From: Candidatus Portiera aleyrodidarum
GTDB taxonomy: Bacteria; Pseudomonadota; Gammaproteobacteria; Johnevansiales; Johnevansiaceae
NCBI RefSeq assembly: GCF_000953395.1
Contig: NZ_LN649236.1
Coordinates: 90,001 to 122,000 of the forward strand
Direction: 5' to 3'
Length of the DNA: 32,000 nucleotides
Shown here: in pieces, positions 17,652-29,614 of the stretch
How the letters are laid out: every line of letters starts with the position of its first letter
How positions within the stretch are numbered: position 1 is the first letter of the stretch
Notes under the pieces: model-generated
The model's input: only the letters and a program-made list of their open reading frames with translations
The model's database searches: none
What the model was told of the DNA's origin: nothing
Position numbers and translations under genes: made by a program

Positions 17652-20485
17652 ACATATAAACGTACCTCACCTGGTCCTCCTGGTAAATTAGCAATTGATC
17701 TAGCACATAATGTAGGATGCTCCTTATCTTTACCTACATCTGGTAATCTTTCCCAACTACGTTCACATTTTTTGTAATTACTTTTTTCTACTAATACTTG
17801 TAAACCTGCTAAATCTGTTACTTTGGCACTTTTCTTAATACCTTTTTTTAAATAAGCTGCTGATGTAATTAAAACAAAACGCAATTCTCCTCTCAATCTT
17901 GATAATAATTTATAATAAGTATCGTTTACATATAAAGTAACATTAGCATCTAAAGAACTTTTAATTACTTTTTTATTACGATAAACTTCTAAACATTTAT
18001 TTACTTCATTTTTTACTGCTATAATTCTTTCCCAAAATTCACGTCCCATAGTAGCATCTTTAGGTAATGTAATTAATTTTCTATAATAAGTTTCTAACAA
18101 AATACTTGATTTATAACGTTTTCCAGGTAAGTTTTCATAAATTTCTTCAGCTGTAAATGAACAGATTGGTGTGATCCAACGAGACATAGCTTCAACTATA
18201 TGATATAATGCTGTTTGACAACTTCTACGATATAAAGAATTATTTTGAGTAGTATATTGGCGATCTTTAATTATATCTAAATAAAAACTTCCCATATCTC
18301 TTGTACAAAAAAGATAAATTTGTTGATAGATTTCAATAAACCGATAATTTTTATAAGCTTTTTTTATCCTTTTTTGCAATATTGCCGCTCTATCTAAAGC
18401 CCATCTATCTAAAGCCAACATTTTTTCTGGAACTATAATATTCTTATATGGATCAAACCCTCTTAAATTAGCCATCATAAACCTTGTTGTATTACGTATC
18501 CTTCTATATGAATCAGAAATACGTTTTATAATTTCTTCTGACATAGTCATTTCTGATTCATAATCATTTGAAACTACCCATAAACGTAAAATATCAGCAC
18601 CATATTTTTTTATTATTTTTTGTGGAGAAATTACATTACCTATTGACTTGGACATTTTCCGCCCTTTATAATCTACAGTAAAACCATGACTTAATAATTC
18701 TTTATACGGTGCATACCCATCAATAGCTGCTCCAGTAATCAAGGATGTATGAAACCACCCTCTATATTGATCTAATCCTTCTACATACAAATCCGCCTTA
18801 TCTTCTATAAAATTAGACCCGCGCATTACATGATAATGCGTAGTTCCAGAATCAAACCAAACATCTAAAATATCAGTTACTTTTTTATATTCTATAGCTT
18901 CATCTCCAATAATTTCACAACTTTTTATTTTCATCCATGCTTCACTACCTTCTTGTTCTACTTTTTTTGCAATTCTTTCCATAATCTCTATTGTACGTTT
19001 ATGTAATAAACCTGTTTTTCTATGTACAAAAAATGGTATTGGTACGCCCCAACTTCTTTGCCTAGAAATACACCAATCTGGTCTATTACTAATCATGTTA
19101 TATAAACGTTTTTTTCCATTATAAGGATAAAATTTTACTTTTTTTATACTTTCTAAAGCTTTTTTACGTAATGATTTTTTACCCACATCCATTCCAATAA
19201 ACCATTGCTCAGTAGCCCTTTTAATTAACGGTTTTTTATGACGCCAACAATGCATATAACTATGTACTATTTTTTCTTTAGCTAGTAATGCTTTACTATT
19301 CTTCAATTTTTCTATAATTTCTGAATTAGCTTTCCATATTAACTTTCCTCCAAATCTAGGTAACGATTTAATGTAAACTCCATTACCTTTAACTAACTTT
19401 AACATATTTTCATTATATTTAAGCTTACTATAAGCAATAAAATCTTCTTCTCCATATGCAGGAGCCGAATGTATTATTCCTGTTCCTGTTTTTATATCTA
19501 TATAATTTACTATATATATAGTAGTTATTCTATCGTAAAATGAATCTATATTATGTAAAGGATGCTTAAACCTAATTGTTTCTAAATATTTTCCATAGTT
19601 TTTAGCAATTATTTTTCCTTTTAATTTATATCTACTTAAACATTTCTCAACTAATTTTTCTGCTAAAATTATAAATCTATCACCTACATCTACCAAAGCA
19701 TAAAGACAATCAGCGAGCACATGTAAGGCTTGATTAGCTGGAATGGTCCAAGGTGTGGTTGTCCAAATTACTACTTCTATTGGTTTTTCTATACTAATAC
19801 CAAATATTTTTACTAACTTATAATTATCAATACTTAAAAAAGCCACATCTATTGCTTCTGATTTTTTTTCTAAATACTCTACTTCTGATTCTGCTAAAGC
19901 TGATTCACAATCAAAACACCAATTTACTGGTTTTAATCCTCTAAAAACGTAACCTTTTTTTACCATTACAGATAAAGATCTTATTATCCCAGCTTGATTA
20001 ATAAAATCCATTGTACGATATGCCTTATCCCAATCACCTAATATACCTAACCTAATAAAATCTACTTTTTGACTAGAAATTTGTTTCTCTGCGTATTTCC
20101 GACAATCATGAATAATTTTTTTTGATGTTAATTTTTTACCTTTATTATTTTTTTCTATTTTCTGTTCGATAGGTAAACCATGACAATCCCATCCTGGTAC
20201 ATACCATGAATCATAACCTTCTAAATTTTTAGATTTTATAATTATATCTTTCAGTATTTTATTTACTGCATGACCTATATGAATTCTACCATTAGCATAA
20301 GGTGGACCATCGTGTAAAATAAATTTTTTACAACCTTTACGAGTTTTACTTAATTTTTTATAAATTTCCATTTTTATCCATTTTTTCAAACGAATAGGTT
20401 CTTTTATAGATAAATTCCCTCTCATTGGAAATTTTGTATTTGGTAAATTCAATGTATTTTTATAATTTTTTTTTTCTACTTCCAT
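17648..20485 (-). CDS. ileS: isoleucine--tRNA ligase
   Basis: 945-aa ORF with HIGH (PYANGRIHIGHAVNK), KMSKS (GRKMSKSIGN), a CP1 editing domain and a C-terminal Cys cluster. Confidence 0.96.
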   Translation of the reverse strand: MEVEKKNYKNTLNLPNTKFPMRGNLSIKEPIRLKKWIKMEIYKKLSKTRKGCKKFILHDGPPYANGRIHIGHAVNKILKDIIIKSKNLEGYDSWYVPGWDCHGLPIEQKIEKNNKGKKLTSKKIIHDCRKYAEKQISSQKVDFIRLGILGDWDKAYRTMDFINQAGIIRSLSVMVKKGYVFRGLKPVNWCFDCESALAESEVEYLEKKSEAIDVAFLSIDNYKLVKIFGISIEKPIEVVIWTTTPWTIPANQALHVLADCLYALVDVGDRFIILAEKLVEKCLSRYKLKGKIIAKNYGKYLETIRFKHPLHNIDSFYDRITTIYIVNYIDIKTGTGIIHSAPAYGEEDFIAYSKLKYNENMLKLVKGNGVYIKSLPRFGGKLIWKANSEIIEKLKNSKALLAKEKIVHSYMHCWRHKKPLIKRATEQWFIGMDVGKKSLRKKALESIKKVKFYPYNGKKRLYNMISNRPDWCISRQRSWGVPIPFFVHRKTGLLHKRTIEIMERIAKKVEQEGSEAWMKIKSCEIIGDEAIEYKKVTDILDVWFDSGTTHYHVMRGSNFIEDKADLYVEGLDQYRGWFHTSLITGAAIDGYAPYKELLSHGFTVDYKGRKMSKSIGNVISPQKIIKKYGADILRLWVVSNDYESEMTMSEEIIKRISDSYRRIRNTTRFMMANLRGFDPYKNIIVPEKMLALDRWALDRAAILQKRIKKAYKNYRFIEIYQQIYLFCTRDMGSFYLDIIKDRQYTTQNNSLYRRSCQTALYHIVEAMSRWITPICSFTAEEIYENLPGKRYKSSILLETYYRKLITLPKDATMGREFWERIIAVKNEVNKCLEVYRNKKVIKSSLDANVTLYVNDTYYKLLSRLRGELRFVLITSAAYLKKGIKKSAKVTDLAGLQVLVEKSNYKKCERSWERLPDVGKDKEHPTLCARSIANLPGGPGEVRLYV

Positions 20486-20495
20486 AAATCAATTA

Positions 20496-21983
<1,488 letters not shown>

Positions 21984-21987
21984 TAAA

Positions 21988-22323
21988 TCAATTTCCTTTT
22001 ATTTTAATAATCTTAATTTCAGTAAACCATTGTCTATGTCCTTGTTGTTTCATATGATGTTTCCGTCTTTTAAAATGTATTATTTTTATTTTTTTTTCTC
22101 TTTTATGTGCAATTATCTCTGCACTAACCTTAGCTTTATTAACAAATGGTTTTCCTATTTTTATTTTATTATTTTTTTCATCAAGCAAAAGTACTTGATT
22201 TATTTCAACTACTTCTCCAATTTCTAATTTTACTTTTTCTATTTTTATTTTTTGTCCTTCCTTTACAATATATTGTTTACTACCACATTTTATAACTGCA
22301 TACATTATTTTTTTCATTATCAT
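21988..22323 (-). CDS. rplU: 50S ribosomal protein L21
   Basis: The L21 pattern [15 protein letters not shown] begins at the ATG at 22305. The 6 upstream codons (MIMKKI) may or may not be translated. Confidence 0.92.
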   Translation of the reverse strand: MIMKKIMYAVIKCGSKQYIVKEGQKIKIEKVKLEIGEVVEINQVLLLDEKNNKIKIGKPFVNKAKVSAEIIAHKREKKIKIIHFKRRKHHMKQQGHRQWFTEIKIIKIKGN

Positions 22324-22341
22324 ACCTAATATTTTTTTTAT

Positions 22342-22740
22342 TTAAAAAGGTATTTCATCATCAAAATTATCATCTTCTATATTTTTTTTAACTACTTTAC
22401 TACTTTTAGTTTTTTCAACCTTTAAATCTAGAAGTTGTATATCACTAGCAACTATTTCTGTAATATACCGTTCTTGCCATTTTCTTGTTTGTAAACGTCC
22501 TTCAATATAAACACGTGAACCTTTTTTTAAATATTGTTGTACTATAGATGCCAACTTATTAAATACTACAATTGTATGCCATTCTGTACGTTCTTTTTTC
22601 TGTCCACTCTGCTTATCTTTCCAAGTATCTGTTGTTGCTATTCTAAAATTACATACTGTATTTCCTGAAGCCGAATAACGTATTGAAGGATCTTTACCTA
22701 AATTACCTATTAATATTACTTTATTCACACCACGTACCAT
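22342..22740 (-). CDS. ssb: single-stranded DNA-binding protein
   Basis: 132-aa ORF with an OB fold ([16 protein letters not shown]....G......F..AT) and the canonical acidic tail DDEIPF. An AAGGAG lies 8 nt upstream of the ATG. Confidence 0.93.
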   Translation of the reverse strand: MVRGVNKVILIGNLGKDPSIRYSASGNTVCNFRIATTDTWKDKQSGQKKERTEWHTIVVFNKLASIVQQYLKKGSRVYIEGRLQTRKWQERYITEIVASDIQLLDLKVEKTKSSKVVKKNIEDDNFDDEIPF

Positions 22741-22753
22741 CTTTTTTCTCCTT

Positions 22754-22819
22754 ATTTTATTTGATTTTATTTGATTTTATTTGATTTTATTTGATTTTAT
22801 TTGATTTTATTTGATTTTA
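22754..22819. repeat. Tandem repeat, 10-nt unit ttgattttat, ~6.6 copies (5 perfect and complete)
   Basis: Read directly. It fills the rplQ-ssb spacer, and the last copy contains the rplQ TAA stop (22819-22817). Confidence 0.97.
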
Positions 22820-23167
22820 AATTAATAATACTAATGCTATAGTAGCATTATCTCCATGTCTCAAACCACATTTTAAAATTCTTATATAACCTCCATTACG
22901 CATAACATAACGAGGACCTATTTCTTTAAATAATTTTCCTACAATTTCTTTAGATTTTATCTTATTAAATGCTAATCTACGATTATATACTGTATCTTTT
23001 TTAGATAAGGTAATTAACGGTTCTATATAAAAACGTAATTCCTTTGCTTTTGATAATGTTGTTCTTATTTTTTCATATTTTATTAACGATAAACATAAAT
23101 TTTTAAACATAGATTTCCGATGTGATACACTCTTATTTAAATGACGACCCTTTTTACGATGACGCAT
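22817..23167 (-). CDS. rplQ: 50S ribosomal protein L17
   Basis: From ATG 23167 the ORF reads [24 protein letters not shown], compared with E. coli L17 [24 protein letters not shown]. The longer ORF-track start (23218) would overlap rpoA by 32 nt and adds non-homologous residues. Confidence 0.93.
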   Translation of the reverse strand: MRHRKKGRHLNKSVSHRKSMFKNLCLSLIKYEKIRTTLSKAKELRFYIEPLITLSKKDTVYNRRLAFNKIKSKEIVGKLFKEIGPRYVMRNGGYIRILKCGLRHGDNATIALVLLI

Positions 23168-23186
23168 ATTTTTTACCTTTCCTTTA

Positions 23187-24164
23187 TTAATTTTTTTTTC
23201 CAGGTGGCCATAAATCAATATGCATTCCTAATGATAAACCTCTAATCTTTAAAACCTTTTTAATTTCATTTAATGATTTTTTTCCAAGATTAGGTGTTTT
23301 TAATAATTCCACTTCTGTTCTTTTAACTAAATCGCCAATATAATAAATATTTTCCGCCTTAAGACAATTTGCACTTCTAACTGTTAATTCCAAATCATCA
23401 ACTGGTAAAAGTAAAGCATGATCTATTTTTTTATCTTTTCTCCTTTCCACTTCTACCTCTTGTTTTTTTTCACATGATAAATCAACAAAAGCATCTAATT
23501 GATTTCTTAAAATAGTTGCCGACATACGTATTGCTTCTTCTGGATCTACTGTTCCATTTGTTTCTAACTCTATTATTAACTTATCCAAATCAGTATTTTG
23601 TTCTACTCTTGCTGCTTCTACAAAATATGCTACTCTCCTAACCGGACTAAAATTTGCATCTATTGGTATCCGACCAATTTTCATATCTGCTTTCTTACGT
23701 ATATCAGCTGGTTCATACCCCATTCCTCTAACAATACGTAATTTCATATTAATTTCTCCATGATCATTTAAATGTGCAATAATCTGATCTGGATTTATTA
23801 TCTCTACATCCTGACTTAACGTTATATCTCCTGCTTTTACTACCCCTGGACCTAATTTATTTAATAATAACTCTACATCATCACGACCATACATTTTTAT
23901 TGCAATTTCTTTAATATTAAGAATAATTTCTATTACATCTTCTTTTATACCTTCTATTACACTATATTCATGTTGCACACCCTTTATTTCTGCTTCTATA
24001 ACTGCACATCCTTGCATCGAAGATAACATAATACGGCGCAATGCGTTCCCTAATGTATGACCAAATCCACGTTCAAATGGTTCTAAAACTATTTTTGCAT
24101 GATTTTTACTAATCTCTTCTACTTTTATATTACTAGGACGAATAAACTCTTTAACTGAACTCAT
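23187..24164 (-). CDS. rpoA: DNA-directed RNA polymerase alpha subunit
   Basis: 325-aa ORF with the NTD ([18 protein letters not shown]) and CTD ([22 protein letters not shown]). Confidence 0.96.
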   Translation of the reverse strand: MSSVKEFIRPSNIKVEEISKNHAKIVLEPFERGFGHTLGNALRRIMLSSMQGCAVIEAEIKGVQHEYSVIEGIKEDVIEIILNIKEIAIKMYGRDDVELLLNKLGPGVVKAGDITLSQDVEIINPDQIIAHLNDHGEINMKLRIVRGMGYEPADIRKKADMKIGRIPIDANFSPVRRVAYFVEAARVEQNTDLDKLIIELETNGTVDPEEAIRMSATILRNQLDAFVDLSCEKKQEVEVERRKDKKIDHALLLPVDDLELTVRSANCLKAENIYYIGDLVKRTEVELLKTPNLGKKSLNEIKKVLKIRGLSLGMHIDLWPPGKKN

Positions 24165-24182
24165 AATATAATTACCTATTAT

Positions 24183-24794
24183 TTACTTAGAATATAATTC
24201 TACAATTAACTTTGAGTTAATATCAGTAGATAACCCAATCCTTTCAGGTAAATATTTTACAATTCCTTCCATCTTTTTTACATCTACCTGAACCCATTTT
24301 ACCCTATTAGCTATAGCCAGTGCATTTTTTATTCTTGTTTGATTCATAGATTTTTCCCTTACAGATATTATATCACCTATATTAATTTTATAAGAAGCTA
24401 TATTTACTATTTTACCATTAACTTTAATAGCTTTATGATTTACTAATTGTCTTGCCTCTGCACGTGTAACACTAAATCCCATTCTATAAACTATATTATC
24501 TAATCTAGTTTCTAAACTTTGCAACAAGTATTCTCCTTTTGCACCTTTTTTTTTAGCTGCTTTTTTATAGTAATTTTTAAATTGTTTTTCTAATATTCCA
24601 TAAATTCTACGAACTTTTTGTTTCTCACGTAACTGATTTCCATATTCTGTTATTCTAGTCCGATGTTTTTTATTTTGTCCCGGAATCTTATCTATTTTAC
24701 ATTTGTTTTCAATAGATACCATCCCACTTTTTAAAAATAGATCTGTTCCTTCTCTACGAGATAACTTACATTTTGGTCCCAAATACCGTGCCAT
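24183..24794 (-). CDS. rpsD: 30S ribosomal protein S4
   Basis: 203-aa [26 protein letters not shown]..., with an S4 RNA-binding domain. Confidence 0.96.
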   Translation of the reverse strand: MARYLGPKCKLSRREGTDLFLKSGMVSIENKCKIDKIPGQNKKHRTRITEYGNQLREKQKVRRIYGILEKQFKNYYKKAAKKKGAKGEYLLQSLETRLDNIVYRMGFSVTRAEARQLVNHKAIKVNGKIVNIASYKINIGDIISVREKSMNQTRIKNALAIANRVKWVQVDVKKMEGIVKYLPERIGLSTDINSKLIVELYSK

Positions 24795-24814
24795 ATTTAT
24801 TTCCTTTATATTTT

Positions 24815-25201
24815 TTATACTCTTCTTCTTTTAGGTGGACGACATCCATTATGAGGTATTGGTGTTGCATCTGTAATACTTTTTACATTAAATCCATGAG
24901 CATTCAATGCTCTAACTGCTGAATCTCTACCTGGTCCTGGTCCTTTAACTATTACATCTATATTTTTTATTCCATATTCTGCTGCTGCTTTTGCTGCACG
25001 TTCACTAGCTATTTGAGCAGCAAATGGAGTGCTTTTTCTCGATCCTCTAAATCCTGCCCCCCCTGATGTTGCCCATGCTAAAGTATTTCCATTTCTATCT
25101 GTTATTGTAACTATAGTATTATTAAAAGAAGCATTTATATGTGCTACTGCATCTATAATATCTTTTTTTATTTTTTTTCTCTTAACTCTATACTTTGCCA
25201 T
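24815..25201 (-). CDS. rpsK: 30S ribosomal protein S11
   Basis: 128-aa ORF containing ..[40 protein letters not shown].. Confidence 0.96.
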   Translation of the reverse strand: MAKYRVKRKKIKKDIIDAVAHINASFNNTIVTITDRNGNTLAWATSGGAGFRGSRKSTPFAAQIASERAAKAAAEYGIKNIDVIVKGPGPGRDSAVRALNAHGFNVKSITDATPIPHNGCRPPKRRRV

Positions 25202-25219
25202 ATAATCTTTCTTCCTTTG

Positions 25220-25570
25220 TTAATATCTTTTTTGTCTTTTTTTACAAGTACGTGCATTTGTTTTGGTACGTTGTCCACGTACTGGAAGACTTCTTTTATG
25301 TCTTAAACCTCTATAACACCCTAAATCTATTAACCTTTTTATATTAATTGAAACCTCCCGACGTAAATCTCCTTCTACTACCAATTTACTAATTTTTTTA
25401 CGTAATTTATCTAATTGTATAGAATTTAAATCTCTTACTTTTATATTTTTTTCTATACCTATTTTTTTACAAATACTATTAGATCTATACTTTCCTATTC
25501 CATATATATATGTTAATGCTACCGATACTTTTTTATTATCTGGTATATTAATTCCTGCAATACGTGCCAT
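25220..25570 (-). CDS. rpsM: 30S ribosomal protein S13
   Basis: 116-aa [29 protein letters not shown]... An AGGAG overlaps the rpmJ stop upstream. Confidence 0.96.
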   Translation of the reverse strand: MARIAGINIPDNKKVSVALTYIYGIGKYRSNSICKKIGIEKNIKVRDLNSIQLDKLRKKISKLVVEGDLRREVSINIKRLIDLGCYRGLRHKRSLPVRGQRTKTNARTCKKRQKRY

Positions 25571-25578
25571 TAGCTCTC

Positions 25579-25692
25579 CTATCCCTGACGTTGCTTATGA
25601 CGTAAATCTTTACATATTACTCTAATTCTTCCTTTTCTACGTATCATTTTACAATTTATACATATTTTTTTTACAGATGTTCTCACTTTCAT
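25579..25692 (-). CDS. rpmJ: 50S ribosomal protein L36 (not in the ORF track; hand-translated)
   Basis: Minus-strand codon-by-codon translation gives [37 protein letters not shown], then TAG. This is the L36 consensus with a CxxC...C...H zinc ribbon, in the canonical secY-rpmJ-rpsM slot. Its ATG shares one base with the secY TAA (TAATG). Confidence 0.95.
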   Translation of the reverse strand: MKVRTSVKKICINCKMIRRKGRIRVICKDLRHKQRQG

Positions 25693-26927
25693 TATATTTT
25701 TTTCCTATATTTTTTCATTGCCCTTTCATACTTATTTGACATTAAATAAGACTGTATTTGAGATATAAAATCCATTACCACTACTACCATTATTAATATT
25801 GATGTCCCTCCAAATGGTATATTACAATATACCATAATAAATTGTGGTATTAAAGAAAAAAAGGTAATATATATAGCTCCAAATAAATTTAATCTTTTTG
25901 TTACTTTATCTATATATATAGCTGTTTTTTCACCTGGCCTTATACCTTGAATAAAGGCTCCAGATTTTTTTAATTTAATCGACACCTCTTTTGAATTAAA
26001 AACTATCGATGTATAAAAAAAAGAAAAAAATATTACATATAATACAAAAAGTATAATATATAAAGGCTGACCTGGACTTAATGCTTGTATTATTGATTTA
26101 TTTATCCACTGCCCTACTGAAGCTGTAAATAATAAAATACTTGAAGCAAATATAGGTGGTATTACTCCTGCCATATTTACTTTTATTGGTAAATAACTAC
26201 TTTGACTAGCATACATTTTATTTCCTATCTGTCTACGTGGATAATTTACCTTAATTCTTCTTTGCCCACTCTCTATAAATACTACTATAGCAATAGTTAT
26301 AATTACTAATATTAATAAGAAAAATATTGTGATTATATTCCATGACGAATCTTTTTTTGTCAACTCTAATGTTTTTCCTAAAGCCTTTGGTATACCTGCT
26401 ACTAACCCTGACAAAATTATTAATGAAATCCCATTACCTATTCCTTTTTCCGTTATTTGTTCACCTAACCACATTAAAAATATAGCCCCTGTAACAAAGG
26501 TTAATATAATTGTTAAATAAACCCCCTTATAATATACTATATTACTTCCTAATAATCCTATTGCTATACCTATTGATTGTATAACCGCTAATATAACTGT
26601 ACTATATCTTATATATTTTGTTATCTTATTTCTTCCTACTTCTCCATCTTTTTGAAACATTACTGTCATTAATTGTATTATTATTGATGCTGAAATATAA
26701 GGCATTAACCCAAGCGAAAAAATACTCATTCTCTCCAAGGCTCCACCAGAAAACATATTAAATAAACTAATTATATTAGCACTATTTTCTATAGATAATT
26801 GATATGTATTAATTCCCGGTACAGGTATATGTGCCCCTATTCTATAAATTATAATTGAAACTAAACTAAACCGAATTTTGTTCATAAGTTCTTTATAGAT
26901 ATTACTTATATTCTTTCTATTAATCAT
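25692..26927 (-). CDS. secY: preprotein translocase subunit SecY
   Basis: 411-aa polytopic ORF in the canonical rplO-secY-rpmJ position, with conserved blocks ([34 protein letters not shown]). Confidence 0.95.
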   Translation of the reverse strand: MINRKNISNIYKELMNKIRFSLVSIIIYRIGAHIPVPGINTYQLSIENSANIISLFNMFSGGALERMSIFSLGLMPYISASIIIQLMTVMFQKDGEVGRNKITKYIRYSTVILAVIQSIGIAIGLLGSNIVYYKGVYLTIILTFVTGAIFLMWLGEQITEKGIGNGISLIILSGLVAGIPKALGKTLELTKKDSSWNIITIFFLLILVIITIAIVVFIESGQRRIKVNYPRRQIGNKMYASQSSYLPIKVNMAGVIPPIFASSILLFTASVGQWINKSIIQALSPGQPLYIILFVLYVIFFSFFYTSIVFNSKEVSIKLKKSGAFIQGIRPGEKTAIYIDKVTKRLNLFGAIYITFFSLIPQFIMVYCNIPFGGTSILIMVVVVMDFISQIQSYLMSNKYERAMKKYRKKI

Positions 26928-27355
26928 TAACTCTCTATATTCCCCCCATATTTTTCAATTTCCTTACGTACTCCCTTAGTTACCTTTATTCCTCTAATAA
27001 TCACTGGCTTTTTTAATTCGCCTGAAATAATTATTTTAACAACTTTAGTAGATTTTTTTATTAACTTAGCTGTTTTTAACGTCCTTCTATCAATAATATT
27101 ACTTTTTATTTTTGCCAACTCACAAATACGTACTTCTTCTGAAACTAATGATTTTTTTGAAACAAACCCCAATTTAGGTATTATACGTTTTAATGGTAAT
27201 TGACCTCCCTCAAACCCTCTTTTTATTTTTTTCCCTGATCTTGCTTTTTGACCTTTATGCCCTTTTCCACACGTTTTTCCTTTTCCTGATCCTATCCCCC
27301 TACCTAATCTTTTTTTTTCTTTTATAAAACAATTTTTTAATTTATTTAATTTCAA
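26927..27355 (-). CDS. rplO: 50S ribosomal protein L15
   Basis: 142-aa ORF containing ..KKRLGRGIGSGKGKTCGKGHKGQKARSG.. An AAGGAG lies upstream. Confidence 0.95.
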   Translation of the reverse strand: MKLNKLKNCFIKEKKRLGRGIGSGKGKTCGKGHKGQKARSGKKIKRGFEGGQLPLKRIIPKLGFVSKKSLVSEEVRICELAKIKSNIIDRRTLKTAKLIKKSTKVVKIIISGELKKPVIIRGIKVTKGVRKEIEKYGGNIES

Positions 27356-27361
27356 TTTTAA

Positions 27362-27382
27362 TTTTCTCCTTTCTACTAAACT
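27362..27382 (-). repeat. Copy A of a 21-nt intercistronic element AGTTTAGTAGAAAGGAGAAAA (mRNA sense), in the rpsE-rplO spacer
   Basis: Identical 21-mer to 28872-28892, verified base by base. It contains the Shine-Dalgarno AAGGAG for the downstream gene. Confidence 0.9.
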
Positions 27383-27401
27383 TTGTGCAACATCCCTTAT
27401 A

Positions 27402-27929
27402 CTACGTTATCCTATTTTTTATTATATTAATATCTAATCCTCTCTTTTTTGCTATATATTCTGGATAAGACATTTTTTCTAATCCTTTCAACGTCGCTTT
27501 TACTACATTTATTGGATTAGTTGATCCATAACATTTAGCTAATACATCATATATTCCTGCTAGCTCTAATACTGCTCTCATTGCCCCCCCTGCAATAATT
27601 CCTGTACCTTTATAAGCTGGCTGCATAAATATTTTAGAAGCACCATATGTATAATAAATTTTATGTTGTAAAGTACACCCATTTAATTTAATAACAATTA
27701 AATTTCTTTTAGCTTTTTCAATAGCTTTTTGAATAGCAACTGAAACCTCACGAGCTTTTCCTTTTCCAAATCCAATTGTACCTTTTCCATTACCTCTTAC
27801 TATTGTAGCTGAAAATCCAAATATTCTTCCTCCTTTTACTACTTTAGAAACACGATTTATCTTTACTATTTTTTCTTTAAACTCACTTTCTGTCTTGTTA
27901 ACCATTTTGTTAACCATTTTGTTAACCAT
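27402..27929 (-). CDS. rpsE: 30S ribosomal protein S5 (start codon triplicated)
   Basis: The ORF matches S5 ([43 protein letters not shown]). The N-terminus [12 protein letters not shown] is encoded by a 12-nt tandem repeat, so the real start may be ATG 27929, 27917 or 27905. Confidence 0.93.
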   Translation of the reverse strand: MVNKMVNKMVNKTESEFKEKIVKINRVSKVVKGGRIFGFSATIVRGNGKGTIGFGKGKAREVSVAIQKAIEKAKRNLIVIKLNGCTLQHKIYYTYGASKIFMQPAYKGTGIIAGGAMRAVLELAGIYDVLAKCYGSTNPINVVKATLKGLEKMSYPEYIAKKRGLDINIIKNRIT

Positions 27930-27976
27930 TTGTTTTATGTTTTAATTTTATGTTTTAATTTTATGTTTTAACCATT
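27897..27976. repeat. Compound tandem-repeat block: 12-nt gttaaccatttt x~2.9 (27897-27931), then 13-nt atgttttaatttt x~3 (27937-27975)
   Basis: Read directly. It spans the rplR-rpsE spacer and the first 12 codons of rpsE. A fourth ATGGTTAA copy (27976-27969) sits right after the rplR stop and opens only MVKT-stop. Confidence 0.95.
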
Positions 27977-28327
27977 TTAAAATAATAACCCACCTTGGCG
28001 AGCTGCTTTAGCTAATTCTTTTACACGCCCATGATATTTAAATCCAGAACGATCAAACGCTAATTTTTTCTTAAACCCTAGTTTTTTTGCACGTTTAGCT
28101 AAACTTACTCCTACTTGTTTTGCTGCTTCCATTGGTTTAATATCTTCTATTTCTTTTTTTATATCTTTATCTAATGTAGAAGCACTTACCAATACCTTTT
28201 TACCATCTGATGATATTATTTGCGCATATATATTTTTTGCTGTTCTATTAACACATATACGTTCCATCATTTTTTTCCGTATTTTAAATCTTACTCTTTT
28301 TTTACGAATTTCTTTTTTTAATTTCAT
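27977..28327 (-). CDS. rplR: 50S ribosomal protein L18
   Basis: Homology to L18 (116-117 aa) begins at ATG 28327 ([18 protein letters not shown]...[19 protein letters not shown]; C-terminus [22 protein letters not shown]). The longer ORF-track start 28378 would overlap rplF by 41 nt. Confidence 0.92.
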   Translation of the reverse strand: MKLKKEIRKKRVRFKIRKKMMERICVNRTAKNIYAQIISSDGKKVLVSASTLDKDIKKEIEDIKPMEAAKQVGVSLAKRAKKLGFKKKLAFDRSGFKYHGRVKELAKAARQGGLLF

Positions 28328-28337
28328 ACTTTCACTC

Positions 28338-28865
28338 TTATTTTTTTTTAACTTCTTTATATATAATATTTTCTTCACTATAACGTATTCCTCTACCTTT
28401 ATAATGCTCTATCGGACGCAATGCACGAATTTCTGCAGCAACTTTTCCTAGTTTTTGTTTATCCGCACTTTTTAAAACTATAATAGTATTGCTATGAGTT
28501 TCTGCTAATATATTTTTAGGTAATTTATATTCAATTCTATGTGAATACCCTAGCAGTAAATTAATCTTTCTACCATTTATTTTAGCTCTATATCCTACTC
28601 CATTAATTTCTAATTTTCTAGTGAATCCTTTATCTACCCCAATTATCATATTATTAACTAATGCCCTCATTGTTCCAGCTATTACCCAATTGTTTTTTAA
28701 TTTTGAATGAAATCTTAACTTTTTTTTTTCTTTTATTATTAATACTGATGAATGTTTTTTTAAAACTAATCTTCCCTTTTTACCACTTATAATTACAATT
28801 TCTTTATCCAAAATTATCTCAACGTTATCAGGTACTTTGATTGGACATTTTGCTATTTTTGACAC
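28338..28865 (-). CDS. rplF: 50S ribosomal protein L6
   Basis: 175-aa ORF (GTG start) [17 protein letters not shown]...ISGKKG, which parallels E. coli MSRVAKAPVVVPAGVDV...IKGKNG. Confidence 0.95.
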   Translation of the reverse strand: MSKIAKCPIKVPDNVEIILDKEIVIISGKKGRLVLKKHSSVLIIKEKKKLRFHSKLKNNWVIAGTMRALVNNMIIGVDKGFTRKLEINGVGYRAKINGRKINLLLGYSHRIEYKLPKNILAETHSNTIIVLKSADKQKLGKVAAEIRALRPIEHYKGRGIRYSEENIIYKEVKKK

Positions 28866-28871
28866 TTTTCT

Positions 28872-28892
28872 TTTTCTCCTTTCTACTAAACT
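28872..28892 (-). repeat. Copy B of the 21-nt intercistronic element AGTTTAGTAGAAAGGAGAAAA, in the rpsH-rplF junction
   Basis: Identical to 27362-27382. Here its first bases overlap the rpsH stop (TAG 28893-28891). Confidence 0.9.
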
Positions 28893-29274
28893 AACTTACT
28901 GTACAAATAACCTCCCCACCTATTCCTTTTTTTCTTGCTTCATAAGATGTCATTACTCCTTTAGAAGTTGATATTATAGCTATACCTAAACCATTTGCTA
29001 CTTTTTTTAACTTATCTTTCCCTTGATAAATACGTAAAGAAGGCTTAGAAATCCGTTGTATTTTCTCTATTACAGGTTTTCCTTTAAAATATTTTAATTT
29101 AATTTTTATATTTGTTTTATCATTTTCATAATATAAAATATAACCTTCTTCTTTTAAAATTCTTGCTATTTCTAATTTGATTTTGGAACTTGGTATCAAC
29201 ACTGTTTCCATATATGCTATTTGTGCATTACGAATTCTTGTTAACATATCTGATATAGTATCTTGCATATTCAT
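28891..29274 (-). CDS. rpsH: 30S ribosomal protein S8
   Basis: 127-aa [21 protein letters not shown]..., compared with E. coli [18 protein letters not shown]. Confidence 0.96.
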   Translation of the reverse strand: MNMQDTISDMLTRIRNAQIAYMETVLIPSSKIKLEIARILKEEGYILYYENDKTNIKIKLKYFKGKPVIEKIQRISKPSLRIYQGKDKLKKVANGLGIAIISTSKGVMTSYEARKKGIGGEVICTVS

Positions 29275-29293
29275 TTTTTACTTTCCTATTTTT

Positions 29294-29599
29294 TTACCAA
29301 CTTGCTTTTGTTAAACCAGGTATATAACCCATCATCGCTGCTTCCCTTAATTTATTACGACTCATTCCAAACTTTTTATAATATCCTCTTGGTCTTCCTG
29401 TAATACCACATCTATTTCTTTGTCTTATTGGATTGGAATCTCTAGGTAAACATTGTAATCTTACTTGGGCTTGAAATTTTTCTTCATCTGATGTTTTTAT
29501 ATTACTAATTATTTTTTTTAATTTCTTTCTACGTATATAATATTTTTTTACTATACGTCTTCTTTTTAATTCTCTCTCTATAATACTCTTCTTAGCCAT
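29294..29599 (-). CDS. rpsN: 30S ribosomal protein S14 (long, 101 aa form)
   Basis: [15 protein letters not shown]... with the C-terminus ..[25 protein letters not shown]. Confidence 0.95.
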   Translation of the reverse strand: MAKKSIIERELKRRRIVKKYYIRRKKLKKIISNIKTSDEEKFQAQVRLQCLPRDSNPIRQRNRCGITGRPRGYYKKFGMSRNKLREAAMMGYIPGLTKASW

Positions 29600-29614
29600 A
29601 AGAAGACCTCTTTT

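Noticed and set aside
23168-23218. Long N-terminal extensions of L17 (start 23218) and L18 (start 28378) suggested by the ORF track.
   Set aside because: The extensions have no homology, and they overlap the preceding genes by 32 and 41 nt. Internal ATGs reproduce the canonical N-termini and lengths.
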